Positions 18,713-27,429 of a stretch of 64,000 nt of DNA are shown piece by piece. Source of the stretch: an uncultured Phycisphaerales bacterium (GTDB lineage Bacteria; Planctomycetota; Phycisphaerae; Phycisphaerales; SM1A02); contig CALKEP010000001.1 in the NCBI GenBank assembly GCA_938084645.1, positions 128,001-192,000 of the forward strand, given 5' to 3'. Below the pieces are notes generated by a model, which was not told the DNA's origin, did not search any database, and saw only the letters and a list, made by a program, of their open reading frames with translations. Numbering within the stretch: position 1 is the stretch's first letter; each line of letters starts with the position of its first letter. The position numbers and the translations under genes are program-made.

Positions 18713-19963
18713 ATGGCGAAACGGGTTCCCCTGGAGATCCTCGACCTGCCCGAGCAGCGCTACACCTGTCATGGGTGCGGCGACTGCTGTCGCGACTTCA
18801 GCGTGCAGCTTCGCGACGAGGACCTCGAACGGCTCGAGGCGCAGGGATGGGCGAAGGAACGCGGGGAGTCGGTGACCGTGGAATTCCGCGGTCGGCGGTA
18901 CCTTCGTCAGCGACCCGACGGGGGGTGTCTCTTCCTGCAGGACGACGGGCTGTGCGAGATCCACGCCCGGTACGGCTTTCATGAGAAGCCCGTCGCGTGC
19001 CGACTCTTCCCCTTCAATCTCGCACCGGATTCGGGCGGCACCCGCGCGGGACTCAACTTCGCCTGCCAGAGCGTGCGGGCCAATCGAGGTTCGACGCTCG
19101 AATCGCATCGAGACGACCTTCGGCGGGCATTGCGTGAAGTACCCGAATCGGTCGTGGTGGCTCCGCCGCTTCTTGCCGGCGACCTGCGTGCCGAACCAGC
19201 CGAAGTGGATGCCTTGACCGCCGGACTCGATCGCTGGCTGGGTCGCGATGAAGTGCCGCTGACCATCCGGCTTGATGGATTCGCCTGGCTCGCACAGGGC
19301 ATCGGTGCCGCGTCGTTCTCGGAGGTCCGGGGGGAACGGATCACGGAGCTGATCGATCTTCTCGTCTCGGCGCTTCCCGACGAGCTTCTTCACCTGCCCG
19401 TCGATCCGCCGGGACGGGGGCAGCGGAAGCAGCTGCGGCAGGCGGTCTTCGCCCGGATCGAGGATCCGCGGTTCACCGACGACGAATCGCGTCCCACGCT
19501 CGGGGCGAAGCTCGACCAGTGGCGTCGAAGTCGACGGTTCGCACGGGGGCGGGGCTCGATCCCGGGCCTGGCCCGAGGCTGGTCGATCCCCGAGGATTTC
19601 GAGTCGGTGGCGGCGATGCCGAAGGTCCCCGGAAGCGAGGCGGTGACCGATCTCGTCGTCCGGTGGCTGCGATCGACGGTGCGCGGCGGCCGCGCGTGGG
19701 GAAGCGGTTACTACGGTTGGAGCATCGCCGACGGGGTCCAGGCGCTGGCGCTGAATCTCGCCTGCGTCGGCTGGCTCGCCCGTGCCCACGCGGCGGGCGT
19801 CGGTGAGGAGGTCGTCACGCTCGACTCGGTCGGCGAGGCGCTCGGCCGCATCGACCGAGCATCCGGGCGCGCCGTCTGGCTTGGATCGATGGGGGAGCGC
19901 CTCCGGCTCCGCTACCTCGCGACGGATGACGGCCTGCGCCGACTCGTCCGGTCGAACTGGTGA
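18713..19963 (+). CDS. YkgJ/FliB-like CxxCxxCC cysteine-cluster protein with long C-terminal domain
   Basis: CHGCGDCC, CLFL....CEIH, KP.ACRLFPF. Confidence 0.8.
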   Translation: MAKRVPLEILDLPEQRYTCHGCGDCCRDFSVQLRDEDLERLEAQGWAKERGESVTVEFRGRRYLRQRPDGGCLFLQDDGLCEIHARYGFHEKPVACRLFPFNLAPDSGGTRAGLNFACQSVRANRGSTLESHRDDLRRALREVPESVVVAPPLLAGDLRAEPAEVDALTAGLDRWLGRDEVPLTIRLDGFAWLAQGIGAASFSEVRGERITELIDLLVSALPDELLHLPVDPPGRGQRKQLRQAVFARIEDPRFTDDESRPTLGAKLDQWRRSRRFARGRGSIPGLARGWSIPEDFESVAAMPKVPGSEAVTDLVVRWLRSTVRGGRAWGSGYYGWSIADGVQALALNLACVGWLARAHAAGVGEEVVTLDSVGEALGRIDRASGRAVWLGSMGERLRLRYLATDDGLRRLVRSNW

Positions 19964-19975
19964 GTCGCGTTCCGT

Positions 19976-21277
19976 TCACTCGGTCGGCGCGGGTTCCGGG
20001 CCGCGAGCCCGGGTGAAGGGCCAGACGGGGTACCGCCTGCCGTTCAGCAGGACGCCGAGGGCCGTCCCGCGGACCGCGACGTGATAGACGATGAGCAGGA
20101 CGACGGTGACCAGGACGATCATGACCGGCATCTTCACGATGCCCCACATGTTCCAACCGCGGAACAGGGACGGGATGAAGAAGGTCAACGGCAGGTGCAT
20201 CAGGTAGATCCAGTAGGAGGCGTCCACCATGTAACGCACCACCGGATTCGCCCGGGTGAACAGTCGCTCGCTCACTCCGGTGATGCCCAGGATCAGGATC
20301 CAGCAGGTGGTGGCCTGGAGGCACTGGTTCGCGATGAACATCGCCTCCGCGTATTCCTCCTGCGCGTCGACCGCCGCGCTGGTGGCGATCGCCAGGATCA
20401 CGGCGACCACCAGAAGCGTCGCCCCCACGCCGAGTCGAATCCAAGCCCAGTTCTTCAGGCGATCGACGAGCTCGCGGTTTCCGAACGCCGCCCAGCCGAC
20501 GCCGAAGTAGATGGCGTAGAGAAAGATCACGTGCCAGAGCGGCCAGAACGACTCGGCGGTGTCGATTCCCGGCTCCTCCATCGTGAGCATCAGGAACGAC
20601 GTGGCGACGATGACCGCCGGTACCCCGACCCACCGCAGGCGACCGAGGGCGAGGCTGCGAAAGCCCGTGCGGAGCCATCCGGCGACGGGGCCCGAGAAAC
20701 GGCGAAGCAGGTAGGTCGCGGTCGCGAAGGCCAGGTAGTAGTAGACGAGGTAGTAGAGGAACCAGAGGTGCATCGGGCCGGCTTCGGCGAAGTCCGCGTT
20801 CAGGGACATCTTGTCGTAGGCGAGGCCGATGGTCCGGTCTTCGGCGGGCAGGTACGACCATGTGAAGGCGAAGCTGATCGACCATGCGAGCAGCGGGTAG
20901 ATGACGAACCATCCGATCACCAGCGGAAGCACGATCCGATCGTAGCGGTGGCTCGTGAATCCTCCGGGGCCGCGGCGATCGAAGAGCATCGCGCCGAAGA
21001 AACCGGCCATCACGAAGAACGCGGGCATGCGGAAGATGTGGATGCCGAGCACCAGGATCCCGGCGAACGCGGTGCGGTCGGGGTCCTCGTAGATCCAGAT
21101 CTGCGGCTCGCAATAGACGAGTGCGGTGTGGATCACCACGCCGAGCAGCATCATCGCCGCGCGGACCACGTCGAGTCCGTGGTACCGACCGGTGCCGGGA
21201 GACCGTGGGTGGAGCGGATGATCGGTCGGAAGCGGGGGTGGTGATGCGGCGGCGATGCCGCGGTCGGTCGCGTTCAT
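19976..21277 (-). CDS. Acyltransferase family 3 membrane protein (MdoC/OpgC-like)
   Basis: RYHGLD.VRA, HIFRMPAFFVMAGFF, HLWFLYYL, SYWIYLMH. Confidence 0.88.
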   Translation of the reverse strand: MNATDRGIAAASPPPLPTDHPLHPRSPGTGRYHGLDVVRAAMMLLGVVIHTALVYCEPQIWIYEDPDRTAFAGILVLGIHIFRMPAFFVMAGFFGAMLFDRRGPGGFTSHRYDRIVLPLVIGWFVIYPLLAWSISFAFTWSYLPAEDRTIGLAYDKMSLNADFAEAGPMHLWFLYYLVYYYLAFATATYLLRRFSGPVAGWLRTGFRSLALGRLRWVGVPAVIVATSFLMLTMEEPGIDTAESFWPLWHVIFLYAIYFGVGWAAFGNRELVDRLKNWAWIRLGVGATLLVVAVILAIATSAAVDAQEEYAEAMFIANQCLQATTCWILILGITGVSERLFTRANPVVRYMVDASYWIYLMHLPLTFFIPSLFRGWNMWGIVKMPVMIVLVTVVLLIVYHVAVRGTALGVLLNGRRYPVWPFTRARGPEPAPTE

Positions 21278-21906
21278 TTCAGGGCGGCCTCGAGAAGCGG
21301 CCGGCATGCCCGGCGTCCGGCTTCAAGCGCCTCGCGATCGAGCGGAATCTCCAGGAACTCGATGACTCCTCCGGTGAACTCCCACGGCACGTCGAGCGCG
21401 TCGAGCGGGGTGGTGCCGTCCTTGTTCATCGCCTGCGGATCGGCACCGGCCTCGAGGAGGAGCGTGACGCACTCGGGACGACCGAAGAAGGCGGCGCCGA
21501 TCAGCGGCGTGCCGCGCTCGAGGCTCCGGACGTCGGGATCCCCGCCGGCCTCGAGGATCACCTTCATCGCGTCGACTCTGCCGAAATCCGCGGCCCATTC
21601 GAGTGCGGAGACGCCGAACGTCGGATCGAGCGCGTTCGGGTCGCCCGCCCTCGCAAGCCGGGCCTTGAGCGTGGCGACTTCGCCCATCGCGGCCGGGGTC
21701 CAGATGTCGACCACTTCGGTGGAGGCCGGTTGGTCGACGGGATCGGGCGTGCTCGGACCGGCCACGGGACCGCTCGTCGAACCAGTCGAAGCGGAGTCGT
21801 CCCCGCATCCCAGCGGCAGGCCGACAACGGCGATCAAGGTGAGGATCCGCAGTCCGAAACGAGCCGGGGTGCTGGAACCTCGGTGGGTGACAGGAGCGTC
21901 GTGCAT
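21274..21906 (-). CDS. Ankyrin-repeat lipoprotein
   Basis: Lipobox-like LPLGC; ankyrin repeats G.SALEWAA, GTPLIGAA..G, GTTPLD; stop overlaps the next start (ATGA). Confidence 0.85.
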   Translation of the reverse strand: MHDAPVTHRGSSTPARFGLRILTLIAVVGLPLGCGDDSASTGSTSGPVAGPSTPDPVDQPASTEVVDIWTPAAMGEVATLKARLARAGDPNALDPTFGVSALEWAADFGRVDAMKVILEAGGDPDVRSLERGTPLIGAAFFGRPECVTLLLEAGADPQAMNKDGTTPLDALDVPWEFTGGVIEFLEIPLDREALEAGRRACRPLLEAALK

Positions 21907-22066
21907 CGAAGGTCTCCTCGGGGGATGTCGGATGGGACTGGATCGAGGTGGAACTCCATCAGCGTACCGACTTCGAGGCCTCGTTCATCCGTCCGAGCTG
22001 TCTCCGGTCCCTGGAAATCGGACACCCAGCGTGGTCGAGATCGGTCTCCACGATCGACCGCGACGG

Positions 22067-23821
22067 TCAGCCCTTGCCCGACTTCCCGCGGCCACCATCG
22101 CCGCCCTTCCCATTCGCACCACCCGCGCTCTTGCCGCCGCCCTTGCCGCCCTTGCCGGACTTGTCGCCGGATCCCGGACGCCTCGGCAGTTCCTCGAAGC
22201 GGGCGGGACCGAGTGCGGCGAGCAACTGTGCTTCGACCTGGTCGTCCAGTCGATCGAACCCCTCGTACCCGGGTTCTCGCCAGGCCTGTTCGCCGAGGGA
22301 CTTCGCTTCGGCGCCGTCGTCGATCACCGCTTCGACCATCGCCCGGGCGATGCGAGTCTCGTTGTCGATTCGCCGCTGAATGGCGTCGCTGCGAAGGAAC
22401 TCGATCTGCAATCGGATGCCGGCGTCGATCTCGGTGAGCGACGCGAGGCGCTCATCGTCGAGACCTTCGAGCCCCAGCGCGACTTCGGTCGCCTCTTCGC
22501 ACCACCGGGAACGCATCTGAGCCCGGAATCCCGTCCGACGAGCGACGTCCAGGAAGGCGGCCGCGGATTCGGGATCGATCGCTTCGAGGCGGGTGCGGAT
22601 CAGATCGATTCGTCCGAGGATCGCATCCCGCACCGCGAGTTCGGCGGTGAGTTCCGCGGTTGCGGCGTTCCGGACCCGAGACCGGACTCTCGAGTCACCG
22701 TCGCCGCCGGATTCGATCATCTCGATCGCGAGTTCCATCGCCTGCTTCTCACGGCGGATCCGCGCCTCGGTCCGGGCGTCGAAACTCGTCGCGATCTCGC
22801 GCAGCATCTCCAGCTCGTCGTTCTCCAGTCCCGCCGCCTCGTATTCGGTCGCGTCGATCGACGTCAGTGCGGCGACGAGGTCCGTGGTGGCGCCGCCCAT
22901 CCGGGAGTCGGCCAATCCGTGCTGGATTCGAATCTCGTCGAGCAGGCCGGCGAACGATGCCTCCATGCGGGGATCGACCAGCGTGGCGATCGATTCGACG
23001 GTCGCGGCACGGAGTTCCCCCCGTCGTTGATCCATGCGGTTCATGGCCTCGAGCATGCCGCGGCCGGCGACGCCGCCACCGGCTCGTTCGATGGTGGCGC
23101 GACGTCTCTCCACCATCGGTTCCAGCATCGCGAGTCGAGTCCGCATGCCCTCCATGCGGCCTTCCATCCAGTCGAGGGTGCCGCGAATCTTCTCCTCGCT
23201 CACGCCACGCTGGGACATGCCCTCGGAAATCCGGGACTCCAGGGCACGCTGGTTCGATTCATCAGCCGCCTGGAAGATCGGCTCGAGGCGTGCGATTTCA
23301 ACCTGGCTCGCGCGAAGGTCGAGCAGCTCGCGGAACCGCGAGGCCTCGGTCTCGAAGGCGTCTTCGTAGTCGAGCAGGATGCTCTCGGCGATGGGTGCGG
23401 TCGCGTCGTCGAGTTGGAGTCGGTCGACGACGAGCTGGATGTCCCGCCGGATGAACTCCGGTCGCAGCAGCGTCCGGAAGTCGCCGCCGTCGGGCACCCG
23501 CATCGCGTACCAGAGGTGCCCCCCGGTGTTCTCCTTCGCGTCCTCGTCGTTCGTCTCCTTGTCCTCACCGACCAGTTTCGACGCCGCGTCCCAGACCGCC
23601 TTCGCATCTTCTCCGGTCATCGCCCCGGCCCGGACCGCCATCTTCAAGTCGCCGCCCAGCTCCGCAAGGAACTTTTCGGGATCCGATTCGGGCGATGCGG
23701 GGGGGCCCGCCGGTCCCTTCTGGGCCAGTCCCTCGGACGTGAGGCCGAATACGAGCAGACAGGTCAGCGTCATCAGCTGGATGCGATCGATGCGGATCAT
23801 CGTGGAGAAGATCGATGTCAT
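22067..23821 (-). CDS. Exported alpha-helical protein, paralogue of 1662..3047; Gly/Lys-rich tail
   Basis: Signal peptide ending GLA-Q; shared block RPEF..RD......L.L.D....I.E..L.DY; tail GKGGKGGGKS... Confidence 0.75.
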   Translation of the reverse strand: MTSIFSTMIRIDRIQLMTLTCLLVFGLTSEGLAQKGPAGPPASPESDPEKFLAELGGDLKMAVRAGAMTGEDAKAVWDAASKLVGEDKETNDEDAKENTGGHLWYAMRVPDGGDFRTLLRPEFIRRDIQLVVDRLQLDDATAPIAESILLDYEDAFETEASRFRELLDLRASQVEIARLEPIFQAADESNQRALESRISEGMSQRGVSEEKIRGTLDWMEGRMEGMRTRLAMLEPMVERRRATIERAGGGVAGRGMLEAMNRMDQRRGELRAATVESIATLVDPRMEASFAGLLDEIRIQHGLADSRMGGATTDLVAALTSIDATEYEAAGLENDELEMLREIATSFDARTEARIRREKQAMELAIEMIESGGDGDSRVRSRVRNAATAELTAELAVRDAILGRIDLIRTRLEAIDPESAAAFLDVARRTGFRAQMRSRWCEEATEVALGLEGLDDERLASLTEIDAGIRLQIEFLRSDAIQRRIDNETRIARAMVEAVIDDGAEAKSLGEQAWREPGYEGFDRLDDQVEAQLLAALGPARFEELPRRPGSGDKSGKGGKGGGKSAGGANGKGGDGGRGKSGKG

Positions 23822-23897
23822 TGAAAGAAGCCTCGAATGTGCCTTCGGCGTGAATTCGGGTGGTCTCGAGTTGGTTCCAACGGACCGGGCGAGCACG

Positions 23898-23957
23898 ATC
23901 CTAGTTTGACGAAGAAATTAGTCAATAGAGTGACCATGGATTACGAAAGTTTTCGTA
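23898..23957 (-). promoter_or_regulatory. AT-rich promoter with two palindromic operator candidates
   Basis: Minus strand TTGACT-N16-TAGGAT (23925..23898); TTGAC-N10-GTCAA (23906..23925); TACGAAA-GT-TTTCGTA (23942..23957). Confidence 0.55.
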
Positions 23958-23984
23958 TAAAAGCGCCGTCGGCCCGGCCCGACC

Positions 23985-24965
23985 TCAGTTCGGATCGGCG
24001 TCCGGCGCGGCCACGGCTTCGGGGCGTCCCGATCGGATCCGACGGATCCACCAGATGAAGGCCAGCAGGCCCAGTGGAATCGAGACGATCGCCTCCGAGG
24101 CGCTTTCGAGGAGGGCCAGTTGCTGGAACGTCGCATCGAGTTCGCCGGCGTCGAGATCCGGTGTCGCGAGTCGCGCGGCCAGGAACGCGACGGCGGCTTC
24201 CCGCCAACCGAGTCTCCCCAGCGGATTCAGGGCGACCACCAACGCGGTCACCGCGAGGAGCAGGACATCGCCGACCGGCAGTTCGATTCCGAGGATGGTG
24301 GCCGCGATGCCGAGCCGGACCGCCCACATGGCGAGGTCGAAGGCCCGCAGGCCGAACGCGAGGGCGATCCATCTCCGGTCGGTCAGCATCGCCTCGCCGC
24401 CGCGGGTGAAGCGACGGACGATCGGAAGCCCGGCGAGCAGTGGAAGCGCGAGCACGAGCGCGACCAGAGGCGCGATGAAGAGCAACGCCCACGCGATCCC
24501 GGGTTCGGGTTGAAGAAGCGTCGCACCGACCGCGGCGCCCATCACGCCGACCACCGCGATCGCCACGACCGCGATCCAGCCGGTGACGAAGAGGATGGAG
24601 AAGCGATCCACCCGGACGTGATACAGATACCGGCTCATCACGCCGAGCCGGATCGGAGCGTAGTTGAAGAGTGCGGCGGTGAGATTCACCCCCTGCAACA
24701 CCATGAAGCGTTCGCGGTGGACCGGGCGGATCGTCGCGAAGAAGATCGCCCCGTTCGCGATCAGGCTCGCGATCGAACAACCGAGCATCGCGGCGATCAG
24801 GCCGCCGTCCGCCTCCTTCATCCGGGTCCAACCGTCCTCGCCACCCTCGAATGCGCCCTTGACGCACCAGACGACGAGTGCGAGCCCGATGGCGAAGCCG
24901 ACGAGCTGAAGAACCAGTCGGAATCCGCGTGGCAGGCCCGCGCGAGCTTCTTCACTCAGTTTCAT
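23985..24965 (-). CDS. Lysylphosphatidylglycerol-synthase TM / flippase-like membrane protein
   Basis: Multiple TM segments; NYAP.RLG..R and PLGRLG.REA motifs; ATGA-coupled to the upstream GT2. Confidence 0.65.
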   Translation of the reverse strand: MKLSEEARAGLPRGFRLVLQLVGFAIGLALVVWCVKGAFEGGEDGWTRMKEADGGLIAAMLGCSIASLIANGAIFFATIRPVHRERFMVLQGVNLTAALFNYAPIRLGVMSRYLYHVRVDRFSILFVTGWIAVVAIAVVGVMGAAVGATLLQPEPGIAWALLFIAPLVALVLALPLLAGLPIVRRFTRGGEAMLTDRRWIALAFGLRAFDLAMWAVRLGIAATILGIELPVGDVLLLAVTALVVALNPLGRLGWREAAVAFLAARLATPDLDAGELDATFQQLALLESASEAIVSIPLGLLAFIWWIRRIRSGRPEAVAAPDADPN

Positions 24966-25714
24966 CGGCCGGGGGTCCTCGCCGCACGGCGACTGCGGCG
25001 CCACTCCCGGAGCATCGCGGACAACGCCTCGAACCCGTCCCGGATGCCGATCTTCTTTCCTTCGGCGAAACTTCTCGGATCGTACGAGACCCCGACCTCC
25101 GCGACCGAAGCGTCATGTCTCGCCAACGCGGCGGCGAGCTGCGGTTCGACCCCGAAGTGGTCTTCGTCGAGATCCGGGAGGATCCTGCGGAGCATCGGCA
25201 CCCGCATGACCTTGTAACAGCACTCCATGTCGTGAATCTTGAGTCCGGTGAACAGGTTCGACGTCAAGGTCAGGAGTCCGTTGGCGAATCGGTGGGCCCG
25301 TCGGACCACGTTCGGCTGGACTTCGAGCCATCGGTTTCCGACCACGGCATCGGTGGCGGGGTGCAGGCCGAAGGTCTGCACGAAACGGACCAGATCGGCG
25401 GGGTCGTACTCGAGGTCCGCGTCCTGAATCCCGACGAGGTCCTCGTCGGCGGCGGCGTCGAGGATGTGCTTGAAACCGGTGCGGACCGCGGCGCCCTTGC
25501 CTCGGTTCGCGGCGTGGGCCAGGAGTATCACGTCGCCGTGGCGATCCTGAAGCGAGGCCGCCACGGCTCGAGCGGTCTCGGCCGAGCCGTCGTCGACGAG
25601 AATCATGCGTGCGGACCAGTCCTCGGGCCAGTCCACCCGCTCGACCTTGGAGACGACCTCTTCGAGGGTCGCCTCCTCGTCGAGGAATGGAATGACCAGA
25701 TGAAGGACCGGCAT
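24962..25714 (-). CDS. Glycosyltransferase family 2 (DPM-synthase-like)
   Basis: VIPFLDE, VDDGS, NRGKGAA, QDADLEYDP, DMECCYK, EGKKI. Confidence 0.92.
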   Translation of the reverse strand: MPVLHLVIPFLDEEATLEEVVSKVERVDWPEDWSARMILVDDGSAETARAVAASLQDRHGDVILLAHAANRGKGAAVRTGFKHILDAAADEDLVGIQDADLEYDPADLVRFVQTFGLHPATDAVVGNRWLEVQPNVVRRAHRFANGLLTLTSNLFTGLKIHDMECCYKVMRVPMLRRILPDLDEDHFGVEPQLAAALARHDASVAEVGVSYDPRSFAEGKKIGIRDGFEALSAMLREWRRSRRAARTPGR

Positions 25715-25770
25715 GGACGCACCCTTCGCGACGTCAGGTGTTCATACGTTCAGGCCACCGTCGCCGGTGA

Positions 25771-26769
25771 TCAGCCTTCCGTGCTCTCATCACCTTCCGC
25801 GACCGTGTTTCGCATCGCGGTGTCGGCCACCACGTTCTGCATTCGGTAGTGATCCATGATGCCGAGATTCCCGTCGCGGAAGGCCTGGGCCATCGCCTTG
25901 GGGACCTCGGCTTCAGCCAGAATCACCAGCGCGCGGTTCTTGGCCGCTTCAGCGGTGTGTTCGGCTTCCTGTGCGATCGCGAGTGCGCGTCGCTGCTCCG
26001 CTTCGGCCTGATACCGCTTGGTGTCGGCCTCGGCCTGGTCGGTCTGGAGCTGGGCGCCGATGTTGGTGCCCACGTCGACGTCCGCGATGTCGATGGAGAG
26101 GATCTCGAACGCGGTTCCGGAGTCGAGGCCCTTCGAGAGCACCGTCTTCGAGATCTGGTCGGGATTCTCAAGCACCCGCTTGTGGCTTTCGGCGGAACCG
26201 ATGGTCGAGATGATGCCTTCGCCGACTCGTGCGACGATCGTCTCCTCGGTCGCACCGCCGACCAACTGGGCGATGTTCGTTCTCACCGTGACTCTGGCTC
26301 GCGCCCGCAACTGGATGCCGTCGCCCGCGACCGCGTCGATCGTGGGGCGGGTTCCCTGGGCGCTGGGGCAGTCGATCACCTTGGGGTCGACCGAAGTCCG
26401 AACCGCTTCCAGGATGTCGCGGCCGGCGAGGTCGATCGCCGTGGCGCGGTCCCAGGGAAGATCGATCTTGGCCTTGTCCGCGGCGATCATCGCTCGGACG
26501 ACGCGATCGACGGTTCCACCAGCGAGGTAGTGCGCCTCGAGTTGAGCGGCGGAAAGTTCCAGTCCGGCCTTCTTCGCGGTGATGCGATTGCCGACCACCA
26601 CGCCGGGCGAGACCTTTCGAAGTCGCATCATGAAGAGATCGAGCAGTCCGACGGGCGCGCCCGAGACGATCGACTGGATCCAAAGGCCCGCGAAGCGGCC
26701 GAAGATCGCAAGAATCACGAGCGCGAAGAGGCCGGCGACGGCCAGCGCGACGATTTCCCAATTTGCCAT
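25771..26769 (-). CDS. floA: Flotillin-like protein FloA (YqfA family)
   Basis: [61 protein letters not shown]. Confidence 0.95.
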   Translation of the reverse strand: MANWEIVALAVAGLFALVILAIFGRFAGLWIQSIVSGAPVGLLDLFMMRLRKVSPGVVVGNRITAKKAGLELSAAQLEAHYLAGGTVDRVVRAMIAADKAKIDLPWDRATAIDLAGRDILEAVRTSVDPKVIDCPSAQGTRPTIDAVAGDGIQLRARARVTVRTNIAQLVGGATEETIVARVGEGIISTIGSAESHKRVLENPDQISKTVLSKGLDSGTAFEILSIDIADVDVGTNIGAQLQTDQAEADTKRYQAEAEQRRALAIAQEAEHTAEAAKNRALVILAEAEVPKAMAQAFRDGNLGIMDHYRMQNVVADTAMRNTVAEGDESTEG

Positions 26770-26823
26770 TCAAAGTCCTCTCTAAGGTTCGCACAGTCTA
26801 CCCGGTTCAGGGCCCGCGTCCGC

Positions 26824-27429
26824 TCATCCGGCGGTCGGGCCCTTCGGACGGACCTTGATCTGATTGTCGATGATCTCGACGATCTCGACCTCGGTGCCCT
26901 GATCGATGATGCCGGATTCCGCTAGGGCGTCCATCCGGCGATCGCCGATGCGGATCACCCCGACCGGTCGCAAGGGCGTCGCGGTGACCGCAGTGGTGCC
27001 GACCAGCGCGACGGCGGCTTCGCGGTCGGCTTCCCGGTGCTTCGCGAGTTCGTCCGCCACCTGCTCTTCATCGAGGCCTCGGGTCGCGACCGTCTCGGTC
27101 CCACCGAGGATGAGTCTTCGCCCGATGGGACTTCCGGACCAGAGTTTCACGCCGTAGACGAGGATGAAGGGGCTTGCGACGATGTAGGTGACGATGGCAA
27201 AGACACCGGCACTGGTGGAGTGGTAGAAGAAGCTGATGATCGACGCGATGACCACGGCGCCGCAGAGGATGCCGAGCATCCCCGCGGTCGGAATGAACAA
27301 CTCGATCGCGAAGATCGCGAGCGCGAGAATGCCGAGGCCGATCCCGATGACCAGCCAGGAGCCGTCTGGCGGCAGGTCGGCCGGGGCCTGGGCGAGGGTC
27401 GTGAGTCCGGTCGCGAGAGTCTCGGTCAT
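26824..27429 (-). CDS. Short NfeD-family membrane protein
   Basis: IELFIP.AG.LG TM block; C-terminal OB fold TPLRPVG...DA. Confidence 0.85.
   Translation of the reverse strand: MTETLATGLTTLAQAPADLPPDGSWLVIGIGLGILALAIFAIELFIPTAGMLGILCGAVVIASIISFFYHSTSAGVFAIVTYIVASPFILVYGVKLWSGSPIGRRLILGGTETVATRGLDEEQVADELAKHREADREAAVALVGTTAVTATPLRPVGVIRIGDRRMDALAESGIIDQGTEVEIVEIIDNQIKVRPKGPTAG

Noticed and set aside
22067..22170. Repeated CCCTTGCCG-like units
   Set aside because: They encode the Gly/Lys low-complexity tail and are not a CRISPR or DNA repeat element.
21362..23824. 820-aa plus-strand ORF
   Set aside because: It is antisense to the ankyrin lipoprotein and the exported paralogue, both of which have signal peptides and family motifs.
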